A stretch of 64,000 bases of DNA, taken from the NCBI GenBank assembly GCA_938046585.1, contig CALIWR010000005.1:69799-133798 (forward strand). Reading direction: 5' to 3'. The notes under the pieces were generated by a model, which saw only the letters and a list, made by a program, of their open reading frames with translations, had not been told where the DNA came from and searched no databases. A program made the translations under genes and the position numbers. Positions 22,169 to 31,783 of the stretch are shown here, piece by piece. The DNA is from an uncultured Propionibacteriaceae bacterium (GTDB lineage: Bacteria > Actinomycetota > Actinomycetes > Propionibacteriales > Propionibacteriaceae). How positions within the stretch are numbered: position 1 is the first letter of the stretch; each line of letters starts with the position of its first letter.

Positions 22169-22938
22169 CTGACCACAGCGGCCTGGTGATTACTGATCTG
22201 CACGCATCAGTGGAGACCGAGCAGGGCCCCAAACAGATCCTCAAGGGAGTCGACCTGACCGTACGGCCGGGCCAGATTCACGCCATCATGGGCCCGAACG
22301 GCTCCGGAAAGTCAACCCTGGCTTATGCCGTCGCCGGTCACCCGAAGTATCACGTAACCTCCGGATCTGTCCGCCTGGACGGAGTCGAACTGACCGAGCT
22401 CAGCGTTGACGAGCGGGCCCGGGCCGGCATGTTTTTGGCCATGCAGTACCCGGTAGAGGTTCCGGGGGTCTCGGTGGCGAACTTCCTGCGCAGCGCCAAG
22501 ACCGCGCTCAGCGGCGAGGCGCCCAAGGTCCGTACCTGGGTGAAAGAGGTCAATGCCGCGCTGGATCGGCTCCAGCTCGACTCGTCGTTCTCCTCCCGGT
22601 CGGTCAACGAGGGCTTCTCCGGCGGAGAGAAGAAACGACACGAGATCGTCCAGTTGGAACTGCTCAACCCCAAGGTGGCGGTGCTCGACGAGACCGACTC
22701 AGGCCTCGACATCGACGCCCTGCGCGTCGTCAGTGAGGGCGTCAACCGGTACGCCCAGCAGGGCGATCGGGGAGTGTTGCTGATCACCCACTACACCCGG
22801 ATCCTGCGCTATATCCAACCTGATGTGGTGCACGTCTTCGTAGACGGCCGGATCGTCGAGGAGGGCGGCAAGGAACTCGCTGACGGCTTGGAGATCGCCG
22901 GCTACGAGAGATACCTGAAGGCGGCGCAGGGCGCGTGA
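22165..22938 (+). CDS. sufC: Fe-S cluster assembly ATPase SufC
   Basis: Walker A GPNGSGKST, signature FSGGEKKR and Walker B VLDETDSGLD. Soluble ABC ATPase with no permease. Confidence 0.95.
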   Translation: MTDHSGLVITDLHASVETEQGPKQILKGVDLTVRPGQIHAIMGPNGSGKSTLAYAVAGHPKYHVTSGSVRLDGVELTELSVDERARAGMFLAMQYPVEVPGVSVANFLRSAKTALSGEAPKVRTWVKEVNAALDRLQLDSSFSSRSVNEGFSGGEKKRHEIVQLELLNPKVAVLDETDSGLDIDALRVVSEGVNRYAQQGDRGVLLITHYTRILRYIQPDVVHVFVDGRIVEEGGKELADGLEIAGYERYLKAAQGA

Positions 22939-24212
22939 ACCGGCCGACCTACGACGTCAATGCGGTACGTCAGGATTTCCCGATCCTGGCGCGCCGGGTC
23001 GGGTCGAATCCACTCACCTACCTCGACAGCGCCAACACCTCCCAGAAGCCGCAGTCGGTGATCGACGCGGTGGCCGAGCACTACCGCGACCATAACGCCA
23101 ACGTCGCCCGGGCCATGCATGCGCTGGGGATGGAGGCGAGCGAGGCCTACGAGGGTGCCCGGGCCGCGGTGGCCGCCTTCGTCGGTGCTGCCCGGCCAGA
23201 GGAGATCATCTTCACCAAAAACGCCTCGGAGGCGTTGAACTTGTGCGCCCACACCCTTGGCTCCAGCCTAAGGCCGGGCGACGAGGTGGTGATCTCGGTA
23301 ATGGAGCACCACTCCAACATCGTGCCCTGGCAGCTGGCCTGCCAGCGAACCGGGGCCACCTTGCGCTGGTTCGACATCACCGATGAGGGACGTCTTGATC
23401 TGGAGACCGCCGAACGAGAAGGACTGATCAACGACCGGACCCGGGTCGTGGCTCTGACCTGGGTGTCGAACGTCCTCGGTACGGTGAACCCGGTCCGTCG
23501 GGTGGCGGACTGGGCACACGCGGTGGGCGCAGTGATGGTGGTCGACGCTTCCCAAGGAGTGCCACAACTGCCGACCTCGGTCACGGAGCTGGGTGCGGAC
23601 CTGCTGGCGTTCACCGGCCACAAGTTGTGCGGACCGACCGGGATCGGGGTGCTCTGGGGCCGCCATGACCTGCTGGCTGATCTGCCGCCGTTCCTGGGTG
23701 GCGGGGAGATGATCGAGGTGGTCACGATGACCGGCTCGACGTACGCGCCACCGCCGCATCGCTTCGAGGCCGGGACCCCGCCGATCGCCCAGGCGGTCGG
23801 ATTGCAGGCCGCGGTCGGCTACCTGACCCGGCTCGGGATCGACCGGATCGCCGCCCACGAGTCCGAGATCACCCGGTACGCCCTGGACGGCTTGGCGACC
23901 GTCCCGGGGCTGCGGCTGCTCGGCCCGGGCGAGGTGGTCGATCGGGGCGGGGCGATCTGTTTCAGCCTGGCTGAGGTGCACCCGCATGACGTGATGCAAG
24001 TGCTGGATTCTCGGGGGATCGCGGTCCGCGGCGGGCACCATTGCGCCCGGCCGCTGCACGACCGGCTCCGGGTGCAGTCGAGCGTGCGGGTTTCACCGTA
24101 CCTGTACACCACCACCGAGGAGATCGATCGGTTGGTGGCGGCTTTGGAGCACACCGTGGCCTTCTTCACCGGGCGCCTATCGACCCCGAGCACCAGGCAG
24201 GCGCAGCTGTGA
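22935..24212 (+). CDS. sufS: cysteine desulfurase SufS (group II)
   Basis: 425 aa with the PLP-lysine region FTGHKLCGPTGIGVLWG and active-site Cys motif RGGHHCARP. Confidence 0.9.
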   Translation: MNRPTYDVNAVRQDFPILARRVGSNPLTYLDSANTSQKPQSVIDAVAEHYRDHNANVARAMHALGMEASEAYEGARAAVAAFVGAARPEEIIFTKNASEALNLCAHTLGSSLRPGDEVVISVMEHHSNIVPWQLACQRTGATLRWFDITDEGRLDLETAEREGLINDRTRVVALTWVSNVLGTVNPVRRVADWAHAVGAVMVVDASQGVPQLPTSVTELGADLLAFTGHKLCGPTGIGVLWGRHDLLADLPPFLGGGEMIEVVTMTGSTYAPPPHRFEAGTPPIAQAVGLQAAVGYLTRLGIDRIAAHESEITRYALDGLATVPGLRLLGPGEVVDRGGAICFSLAEVHPHDVMQVLDSRGIAVRGGHHCARPLHDRLRVQSSVRVSPYLYTTTEEIDRLVAALEHTVAFFTGRLSTPSTRQAQL

Positions 24213-24646
24213 GCGTCGAGCAGTTGTACCAGGAGATCATCCTGGAGCATTACCGCGCCAGGCATCACAGCGGGCTGCGGGAGCCGTACGACGTCGAAGT
24301 CCACCACGTGAACCCGTCCTGCGGTGACGAATTGACGCTGCGGGTGAGGTTGGACCAGGACCAGATCAGCGACATCTCGTACGACGGGGTGGGCTGCTCG
24401 ATCTCCCAGGCTTCGACCTCGGTAATGAGTGAACTCGTGGTCGGGGGCCCAGTGAGCCAGGCGTTGGAGCTGTACGACGGTTTTCAGCAGATGATCCAGG
24501 GCAAGGGCGAGGTGAGCCTGGACGAGGACCGGTACGGTGACGCTGTCGCCTTCGAAGGCGTGGCGAGGTTTCCGGCCCGGGTGAAATGCGCGATGCTCGC
24601 CTGGGCCGCGCTCAAGGATGCGCTGTTGCGCGCGTCTACCACGTAA
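24209..24646 (+). CDS. sufU: Fe-S scaffold/sulfur acceptor SufU (IscU-like)
   Basis: GTG start overlaps the sufS stop (GTGA). Contains HHVNPSCGDELTLRV and DGVGCSISQASTS (the three Cys) and a His in KCAMLAWAAL. The longer upstream ORF is rejected. Confidence 0.85.
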   Translation: MSVEQLYQEIILEHYRARHHSGLREPYDVEVHHVNPSCGDELTLRVRLDQDQISDISYDGVGCSISQASTSVMSELVVGGPVSQALELYDGFQQMIQGKGEVSLDEDRYGDAVAFEGVARFPARVKCAMLAWAALKDALLRASTT

Positions 24647-24655
24647 GGAGGACCG

Positions 24656-25063
24656 ATGACCGATTCGTCACCAGAGCCCCGCGATCCGCAGGGACGACCC
24701 TCGGACCTGGTGAGAGAACCGCTGCCCGGCACCCAGCAGGCCGGTCTGGCCTTCACTACTACGGTCGAGGATCTCGAAGAGGCAATGAAAGATGTCGTCG
24801 ACCCGGAGCTGATGGTGAATGTCGTCGACCTGGGCCTGGTGTACGGGATCCACCTTGACGAGGAGTACAACGCCACCATCGACATGACCCTGACCTCGCC
24901 GACCTGCCCGCTCACTGACCGGATCGAGTACGACACCCAGATGGCATTGCACGGGCTGGTGAACAGCGTCACCATCAACTGGGTCTGGATGCCGCCGTGG
25001 AGCCTCGAAAGGATCACCGAGGACGGGATCGAACAGCTGCGAGCGATCGGGTACAACGTCTGA
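24656..25063 (+). CDS. sufT: SufT / DUF59 (MIP18-family) Fe-S assembly protein
   Basis: 135 aa with a DUF59 core (VVDPELMVNVVDLGLVYGI...TLTSPTCPLTD). Last gene of the suf operon, as in mycobacteria. Confidence 0.8.
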   Translation: MTDSSPEPRDPQGRPSDLVREPLPGTQQAGLAFTTTVEDLEEAMKDVVDPELMVNVVDLGLVYGIHLDEEYNATIDMTLTSPTCPLTDRIEYDTQMALHGLVNSVTINWVWMPPWSLERITEDGIEQLRAIGYNV

Positions 25064-25543
25064 GACGGGGTCGATTCCAAACAAGCGGGCGCCACCGGCA
25101 CGGCCATCCGATGCCGCTCACGGCATCGTCCGGCGTGCTCGAGTGGATGAGACCGCCAGTGAATCGGTCGTTCCTGATCGGTAGGGCCACGTTCATGGGG
25201 GGTGGCCGCAATGGGCAACAAGGTGGTCGCTACTGTGGGTAGTGGGCGGCCAGACACTGGCGTCTTGCCGCCGCTTCATCATCTGACATCCGGGATCGAA
25301 GGTGCGTGTGGGGCTCGGCATCTCGGTACTCACAGCCAGAAACATCCCGGACAGGGAATGAGGGAGCACCCAGCAGGAAGCGCGGGCCGGCCCTGGGCGC
25401 CTACGATCACGGTGGGGACAGTGGCGGGCAGGATGTCCGCAGCCGGCTGTGCCCGCTACCACGAACGTGAGGAGCCGACCGTCGATGACCGTGCCAGCTA
25501 GCCTGTTCGCCCTTGCCCGGCCCGGCAAGGTAGGGGACCAGCG

Positions 25544-27448
25544 GTGAGCGGCCCGCTGCGGGTCGGGATCGTGGGTGGCGTCGCCCACGACACCTTCGCT
25601 CATCTGCCGGACGCAGCAGCGGAGAAAATCTTCTGGGTGGCGCGGCAGTCGTTGGCGAGCCCCTTGGCCTCACTCGATCCAGACCAGGTACCGCCACCGG
25701 CATTGGCGTCGCCGTGCCAGCGGGCGATGGTGCTGGCAGACCTGGCAGGGTCGTTGATCAGCACCATCGAGCGGCACGCATCCGAACTGGACCTGCTGCT
25801 GATCGACCTGTTCGACGAACGGTATGGGCTGGTCCGGACCCGTGACCAGGCACTACTGACCAGTTCAGACGAGCTTCGCCGTTGCGGGCTGCTGGAAGAG
25901 GTCGGAGTGGCGCAGGCCCTGCGACTCGGGTCGCCGGAACACCTGGACCTCTTCCGGCAGGGCTTGGACCTGCTTGTGAAGACCCTGACCCAGACTGGGC
26001 TGCGAGACCGGACCCTGTTGCTGGCCCCAGCCTTCGCCGAGGACCTACTGCCAGGGGCCGAGGTGGACCCGGCCGATGTGCACCGATTGCGTCGAGAGGC
26101 GCAAGAGTTCAACCGTCTCTACCCGGACTACTTGGCCGAAGTTGAATACCGGGGGATCAGCGTGCTACGGCTCGGCATCGACACCGTGCGAATGGACCCG
26201 GGGCATCCGGGTGGACTGAGCATCCTCCACTACCAGGATGCGACCTATCAGGCCCTGCTGGAGGCAATCCGGAATAAGGCTTCGGCCTTCGTCGACGGGC
26301 CCCTGCTGCGACAGACTGCCCTGGTGAACACAGCTCAGGACGTCTTCCTGGACCCGGCCGAGGAGGAGCCGTTTGTGGTCGGGGACGAGCCGCCCCGATC
26401 GGACCTCGACACCACGGACGACCAGCCGGGAGACGACCCACACCGGCTGGGGCTGCCGCAACCGCTGGAACCCGGGCCAGAAGAACCCGAGCTTGAGGCG
26501 CGTACCGGCCCCAGATCAGACCGGCCGGCAGAGACCGAGCAGCCCAGAGCACTGGTCTTGCTGCTGCACCGCTCGGGATCGGTGCCGTCGATCGGACCAG
26601 AGGATCTGCCAGCATGGGTTCGGATCGAATCCTGCGAGGTGGCCGAGCAGGATCCGGAGACCACCCCGGAGCCTGCCAGCCGGCTACGTGAATTGCTGAC
26701 CGAGTCGCGGCTGGCGCCTCACCAGGCCGTGGTGGTCGCGTCCGAGGCGATGGCAGTGACCGCAGTGGTGACCGCCTCCGGGGTGCCCCAGACCTCGGTC
26801 GTGGTGCTGCCAGAAGCGGAGGATCACCATGCCATGGGGCACCGGCTCGGGCACGTGGTAGCAGCCCTCCAGGTTCGCCCCCAACTCCCGTCCCTGCTCA
26901 TCTTCACCAGGCGGCGTAGCCCGTTCCTGCAGATCCTGTGGTGGCTGATCAGCTTGTATGAGGACCTATCAGCCCAGGCTCAACTGGGAACGGTGTCGAT
27001 CGAGGTCGTCGACCAGGAACGAGAGCCCGACCGGCAGCGGGCCCTGGCGGCGGTTACGCGGCTGCTGGGCCAGGCGCCCCCGCCGGACGAGATGCTGGAC
27101 GGCGCCAGCCTGCGACGACCCGAGCAGCTGGACGTGCTGGACCGTCAGACCCAGTGGGTGCTGCTACCGCCCGACATCCGGCACGTCCGGGTCACGGTCG
27201 TTACCTCCGAAGCCAGCCCGGCAGCCACGGTCCGAGTGGTGGCGGCCACGGCCCAGGCCCAGTCAGGGGCAGACACCCTCGGCAGGAACGCGTTGGCGCA
27301 TGAGGTCGACGTACCCGAAGGCGGCGGCTCGTGTCAGACCACGATCAGTAGTTCCGGGGCGGTGCTGCTGCGCGCGGTGGGGCTGAGCCGGACGGACGCG
27401 GCGCAGCCGCTCGCGGTGGACCGGGTCGACGTGGAACCGCTGACCTGA
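25544..27448 (+). CDS. large uncharacterised cytoplasmic protein, paralog A (two-domain, no recognisable catalytic motif)
   Basis: 634 aa. GTG start with GGTAGGGGA upstream. No signal peptide or TM. Paralogous over its full length to the convergent gene at 27473..29317. Confidence 0.6.
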   Translation: MSGPLRVGIVGGVAHDTFAHLPDAAAEKIFWVARQSLASPLASLDPDQVPPPALASPCQRAMVLADLAGSLISTIERHASELDLLLIDLFDERYGLVRTRDQALLTSSDELRRCGLLEEVGVAQALRLGSPEHLDLFRQGLDLLVKTLTQTGLRDRTLLLAPAFAEDLLPGAEVDPADVHRLRREAQEFNRLYPDYLAEVEYRGISVLRLGIDTVRMDPGHPGGLSILHYQDATYQALLEAIRNKASAFVDGPLLRQTALVNTAQDVFLDPAEEEPFVVGDEPPRSDLDTTDDQPGDDPHRLGLPQPLEPGPEEPELEARTGPRSDRPAETEQPRALVLLLHRSGSVPSIGPEDLPAWVRIESCEVAEQDPETTPEPASRLRELLTESRLAPHQAVVVASEAMAVTAVVTASGVPQTSVVVLPEAEDHHAMGHRLGHVVAALQVRPQLPSLLIFTRRRSPFLQILWWLISLYEDLSAQAQLGTVSIEVVDQEREPDRQRALAAVTRLLGQAPPPDEMLDGASLRRPEQLDVLDRQTQWVLLPPDIRHVRVTVVTSEASPAATVRVVAATAQAQSGADTLGRNALAHEVDVPEGGGSCQTTISSSGAVLLRAVGLSRTDAAQPLAVDRVDVEPLT

Positions 27449-27472
27449 GCCGACGCCGACACCAGCCTGTGC

Positions 27473-29317
27473 CTATAGGGCGGTCACGGTGAGGTCATTG
27501 ACCCGCGCCTCGGGAAGGTCGCCGCGGACCAAGGCGACCGCACGGACCAGGGTCCCGGCAGGAAGAGCGACGATCTCGTTGATCCGGGTCTCACCTGAGC
27601 CGACCGGAAGGAACCGGAACCAGCCGATCTGCGGATCCTCGGACTCGGCCAGGTGCGCCGAGGTGGCCTGCTGATGGTTCAGCCCGGCCGCCGCCACCGC
27701 GAGCAGCACCCCTCGGGCACTGCCCTCGGCGGCAGGCACCGACACTGTTGCGGTCACCCGGACCGCATGCCGCCCGGGCGCCGTGAGTACCCATCGTGGC
27801 TCGGTTTCCAACGTCAGGCTGCTGCCAGGGGCCACCAGGTGGTCCCCTCGCAGGGTGATGTGCGGGCGCTGAGCGTCGGTCAGCGAGGCCGTCTGATCCG
27901 TCAGCACCCAGGCAATGCTCTCGGCTGTACGAGACGGTTGCGGCAGCGGATGGATCACGACGCTCATGGTCCCGGCTCGTTCGGCGCCATCAGCCAAGTC
28001 GCCGAGACGGTCAACCAGCCACCACACCATGCTCAGAGCATCCGAGCCGCGGGTCGAGGTCAGCGACACCGTCGGCAGCCATGGCATCCGAGCCAGGACC
28101 TGTTCAACCTCGCCCAGCCCACGCGACAGTGTCGGCTCCTCGCCCTGGTGCGGCACGATGACCACCCGTGACCCCGGGACTTGTGCCGCGATCAGCACCG
28201 CCTTCGCCGCCAGATGATCAGGGGCCAACACCACAGCATCGCAAGGGCCCACCTTGAGCGCCGTCAGGGCGAGCACTAGGGTCTCGGCAGCGGACCGGGC
28301 TGCATCGACCGGTGTCGGCCCCTGCACGTCGAGCGCCAGCGCATGGCAACTGGTCGGCAAACCGGCCAGATCCACACTGGGTTCCGAATCCGGACCGTGC
28401 AGAACCAACACCAGGCTGCTGGCCGGATCTCGCCGCAGCACCTGCATGACGTGTCCCTGATCGTCGCGGAACCGGCCAAGCCGTCCGACACGGGCCGAGC
28501 CGAGCCGGTCAATCGGGGCAGCAGCGGCAGGTGGCCGCAGCGGCAGGGCAGTGGCGAAACTGGCCACCGCCCGACGAGCCGTCTCGTACACTGCGGGGGT
28601 GAAATGGTCGGCAGCCAACCCGCGAGGATGGTCGGGATCCATCCGGGTCTGCTCTGAGGTCAGCCGAAGACCGTTGATCCCGCGCTCGGCCAACGCGGCG
28701 AAATAGCGCTCGAAGACCGGGTTGGCGGTTAGCGCCATCCGGCGACAGTCAGCCAGAGCGACCACATCGGCGCGTAAGGCCCGGTCTGCTAGGACCGCCA
28801 GGTCCAGATTCAGGGCGAAGGTTCGTTCCACCAGGTGGTGGGCCTGCAATCGGGCCACCAACAGATCCAGCCCCGAACGGAACAGCTGAAAATGCTCTTC
28901 ACTGCCGAACGGGACCCGCCTGATCACATCCACGCCGTCCAACGCGCCTGACAAGTGCAGTTCGGACGACAACGTGAGCAGCCCGCCGCCGGCCAGGCGG
29001 GCTACGCCAGCCCGCTCGTTGCCGAGATCGATCACCAGCAGGTCCAGATCATCGCCGCGTTCGTCCACGAGGTCGAGCACCGAGCCACGGGCGTCGTCCG
29101 TGACGATGCTTGAATCGGCCGAGGAGAGCAGATCGAGCCGGTTTGGGTCCACCGGGCCGGTCAGGCTGGCCAGGGACTGGCCTGTGACCGTGAAATCGGT
29201 CTCGGCTGGCAGCGAGAAACCGTTCATGACATCAAGGCTGATACCACTGCCGTAGACGGCGAGGCGCAGCGGCACGACGCAAACCCTCCTTCCGAATACG
29301 GCGTTCGATGCGATCAC
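27473..29317 (-). CDS. large uncharacterised cytoplasmic protein, paralog B
   Basis: 614 aa. Shares blocks with paralog A: VTGQSLASLTGPVDP vs VARQSLASPLASLDP, LDLLVIDLGNERAGV vs LDLLLIDLFDERYGLV, GSEEHFQLFRSGLDLLVARL vs GSPEHLDLFRQGLDLLVKTL, TRMDPDHPRGL vs VRMDPGHPGGL, and a C-terminal VVLAPDHLAAKAVLIAAQVPGSRVVIVPHQGEEP vs VVVASEAMAVTAVVTASGVPQTSVVVLPEAEDHH. Confidence 0.6.
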   Translation of the reverse strand: MIASNAVFGRRVCVVPLRLAVYGSGISLDVMNGFSLPAETDFTVTGQSLASLTGPVDPNRLDLLSSADSSIVTDDARGSVLDLVDERGDDLDLLVIDLGNERAGVARLAGGGLLTLSSELHLSGALDGVDVIRRVPFGSEEHFQLFRSGLDLLVARLQAHHLVERTFALNLDLAVLADRALRADVVALADCRRMALTANPVFERYFAALAERGINGLRLTSEQTRMDPDHPRGLAADHFTPAVYETARRAVASFATALPLRPPAAAAPIDRLGSARVGRLGRFRDDQGHVMQVLRRDPASSLVLVLHGPDSEPSVDLAGLPTSCHALALDVQGPTPVDAARSAAETLVLALTALKVGPCDAVVLAPDHLAAKAVLIAAQVPGSRVVIVPHQGEEPTLSRGLGEVEQVLARMPWLPTVSLTSTRGSDALSMVWWLVDRLGDLADGAERAGTMSVVIHPLPQPSRTAESIAWVLTDQTASLTDAQRPHITLRGDHLVAPGSSLTLETEPRWVLTAPGRHAVRVTATVSVPAAEGSARGVLLAVAAAGLNHQQATSAHLAESEDPQIGWFRFLPVGSGETRINEIVALPAGTLVRAVALVRGDLPEARVNDLTVTAL

Positions 29318-29508
29318 AGACGCCGATCGTCAGGATACGGGTTTGATCGCCCTCGTTTTCGCAAGGGCTGGCTGCGGCGTTGAGTCCCCGTCCCCCTCAC
29401 GACGAGAAGATCCCGAGCGATGGTGGCCGGTTGGGGTGTTTTAGACCGGGTTCCCCATCGCCGCCGTCATTCCTGAGGAGATCAGGCTGGTGGGTTCTGG
29501 AACAATCG

Positions 29509-31116
29509 GTGCTCGTGCTCACGGTCAACAATCTGGAGGTCAGGGCGGGTGCCCGGCTGCTGCTGGAGCCGGTATCGTTCCCGGTCAACCCCGGCGACAA
29601 GATCGGGCTGGTTGGGCGCAATGGCGCCGGCAAGACCACCCTGACTCGGATCCTGGCAGGAGAAGGGATCCCGGCTGCGGGCACGGTCACCCGTACCGGG
29701 GCTGTCGGCTACCTGCCGCAGGATCCGCGGGCCGGGGACCTGGAGGTCCTGACCAGAAACCGGATCTTGTCGGCCCGCGGCCTGGACACGGTGCTGGAAC
29801 GGCTGGAGCGCTACTCGGTCGAGATGGCTGACGCCAAGAACCCGTCCGGCCAGGAGCGGGCGATGACCTCGTACGCCCGGGCCGAGGCTGAGCTGCTCGC
29901 CGCCGGCGGGTACGGCGCCGAAGCGGAGGCGGCCCGGATCGCAGCCAACCTGGGATTGCCGGAACGGGTCCTGAGCCAGCCGTTAGGAACCTTATCCGGG
30001 GGGCAGCGGCGCCGGGTGGAACTGGCGCGGATCCTGTTCTCTGGCGCCGACACGCTGCTGCTGGATGAGCCCACCAACCACCTGGACGCAGACTCGGTGG
30101 TTTGGCTGCGCGGCTATCTCAAGGATTATCCCGGTGGCCTGGTGATCATCTCCCACGACACTGCGCTGTTGGACATGGTGGTCACCAAGGTCTTCCATCT
30201 AGACGCCAACCGGGCCGTGCTGGACCAGTACGCGATGGGCTGGCAGGCGTACCTGGTGCAACGCGAGACCGACGAGAAGCGCCGCAAGCGGGAACGCGCC
30301 AACGCCCAACGCAAGGCCGAGCAGCTTCTGGCCCAGGCCGACAAGATGCGCGCCACCGCGACCAAAGCGACTGCAGCGCAGAACATGGCCCGCCGAGCCG
30401 AGCGGCTGTTGGCTGGGATGGCAGCCGAACGTCGCGCCGACAAGGTGGCCCAGATCCGGCTACCGGAACCGCTGCCGTGTGGCAAGACCCCGCTATCGGC
30501 CCGGGAACTGTCAAAGTCGTACGGTTCGTTGGAAGTCTTCACCGACGTCGACCTGACCATCGATCGCGGCGCCAAGGTGGTGGTGCTCGGGCTTAACGGC
30601 GCCGGGAAGACCACCCTGCTGCGGCTGCTGTCTGGGATCGAACCGCCCGACACCGGGGAAATAGTGGCCGGACACGGGCTGAGACTGGGGTACTACGCCC
30701 AGGAACACGAGACCCTGGATCCTGCCCGAACAGTCCTGCAGAACATGACTTCGGCCTCGCCGCATCTCGACGATACCCAGGTTCGCAACGTCCTCGGTTC
30801 GTTCCTGTTCACCGGTGACGACGTCGACAAGCCAGCCCGGGTGCTGTCTGGCGGTGAGAAGACCCGCCTGGCGTTGGCGATGCTGGTCGTCAGTTCGGCC
30901 AACGTCTTGCTGCTGGACGAACCCACCAACAATCTCGACCCGGCTTCCCGCGAGGAGGTGCTGGCCGCGATCCATACGTATCCGGGGGCTATCGTCCTGG
31001 TCACGCACGACGAGGGAGCGGTACACGCCTTGGAACCGGACCGGGTACTGCTGCTGCCAGACGGAGTGGAGGACCTGTGGTCGGCTGACTACGCCGACCT
31101 GGTCGGTTTGGCCTGA
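29509..31116 (+). CDS. ABC-F family ATPase (tandem nucleotide-binding domains, no TMD)
   Basis: Two Walker A motifs (GRNGAGKTT, GLNGAGKTT), two signature motifs (LSGGQRRRVELARIL, LSGGEKTRLALAML) and an inter-domain coiled-coil linker (KRRKRERANAQRKAEQLLAQADK). The start is placed at an in-frame GTG; the upstream TTG-initiated extension is doubtful. Confidence 0.85.
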   Translation: MLVLTVNNLEVRAGARLLLEPVSFPVNPGDKIGLVGRNGAGKTTLTRILAGEGIPAAGTVTRTGAVGYLPQDPRAGDLEVLTRNRILSARGLDTVLERLERYSVEMADAKNPSGQERAMTSYARAEAELLAAGGYGAEAEAARIAANLGLPERVLSQPLGTLSGGQRRRVELARILFSGADTLLLDEPTNHLDADSVVWLRGYLKDYPGGLVIISHDTALLDMVVTKVFHLDANRAVLDQYAMGWQAYLVQRETDEKRRKRERANAQRKAEQLLAQADKMRATATKATAAQNMARRAERLLAGMAAERRADKVAQIRLPEPLPCGKTPLSARELSKSYGSLEVFTDVDLTIDRGAKVVVLGLNGAGKTTLLRLLSGIEPPDTGEIVAGHGLRLGYYAQEHETLDPARTVLQNMTSASPHLDDTQVRNVLGSFLFTGDDVDKPARVLSGGEKTRLALAMLVVSSANVLLLDEPTNNLDPASREEVLAAIHTYPGAIVLVTHDEGAVHALEPDRVLLLPDGVEDLWSADYADLVGLA

Positions 31117-31167
31117 ACCAGGCGTACTCCGGCAAGATGATGTCTCACCAAGGAGGATTAGGTACGG

Positions 31168-31770
31168 ATGCGAAGGCTGATGCTGGGGGCGGGCATGGTG
31201 ATGGTCACCACGGGATGTGCTCTCACCACACCAGCGACCCCCACCGTGACTCCGACCGGGCCGACGTCATCGGTCTCCGCCACCCGACGATTCACCCTAG
31301 GATCGGACCAAAGCCCCTCGCCGGACGAAAGTTCTTCGTCAGAGGAGACACCGGAGGAGTCGACGACCTCGACCGCGGCAACGTCCGCGTCGAGCGGACT
31401 AGGGTCGACGGTGACACCAAAACGACTCGCCACCGTGAAACTGCCAGCCTCGGTCGGCGACTACCGAGCCCAGCAGCAGACCGGACAGACCGGGCAACAG
31501 TCCGTGACCTACGCCGTAACCGAGGCGCCCGCGGACCTGGTCATCGTGACGGTGATACCGGGGGCAGGCTCACCGACGTTGGGACCGGCCTACACGAATG
31601 CCAAGGTGTACGGGCCAGCGCTGTGCGGCTCAATCGACGCCGAGGGCACGGTCGGCGCGAGCTGCGTGCTGCCTCTCGACCATGGGGTGATCTTGATCTC
31701 CGGCTCCGGCTTCCAGAAGGTCGACCAGATGGCGCAGTTCGCCGGCCGGCTGTGGGAACAGGTGCCCTGA
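31168..31770 (+). CDS. lipoprotein of unknown function with Ser/Thr/Pro-rich linker
   Basis: AAGGAGGA RBS. Signal peptide and lipobox MVMVTTGCAL, a low-complexity S/T/P/E stretch, and a ~100-aa C-terminal globular domain. Confidence 0.65.
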   Translation: MRRLMLGAGMVMVTTGCALTTPATPTVTPTGPTSSVSATRRFTLGSDQSPSPDESSSSEETPEESTTSTAATSASSGLGSTVTPKRLATVKLPASVGDYRAQQQTGQTGQQSVTYAVTEAPADLVIVTVIPGAGSPTLGPAYTNAKVYGPALCGSIDAEGTVGASCVLPLDHGVILISGSGFQKVDQMAQFAGRLWEQVP

Positions 31771-31783
31771 CACCCGCCCGGGT

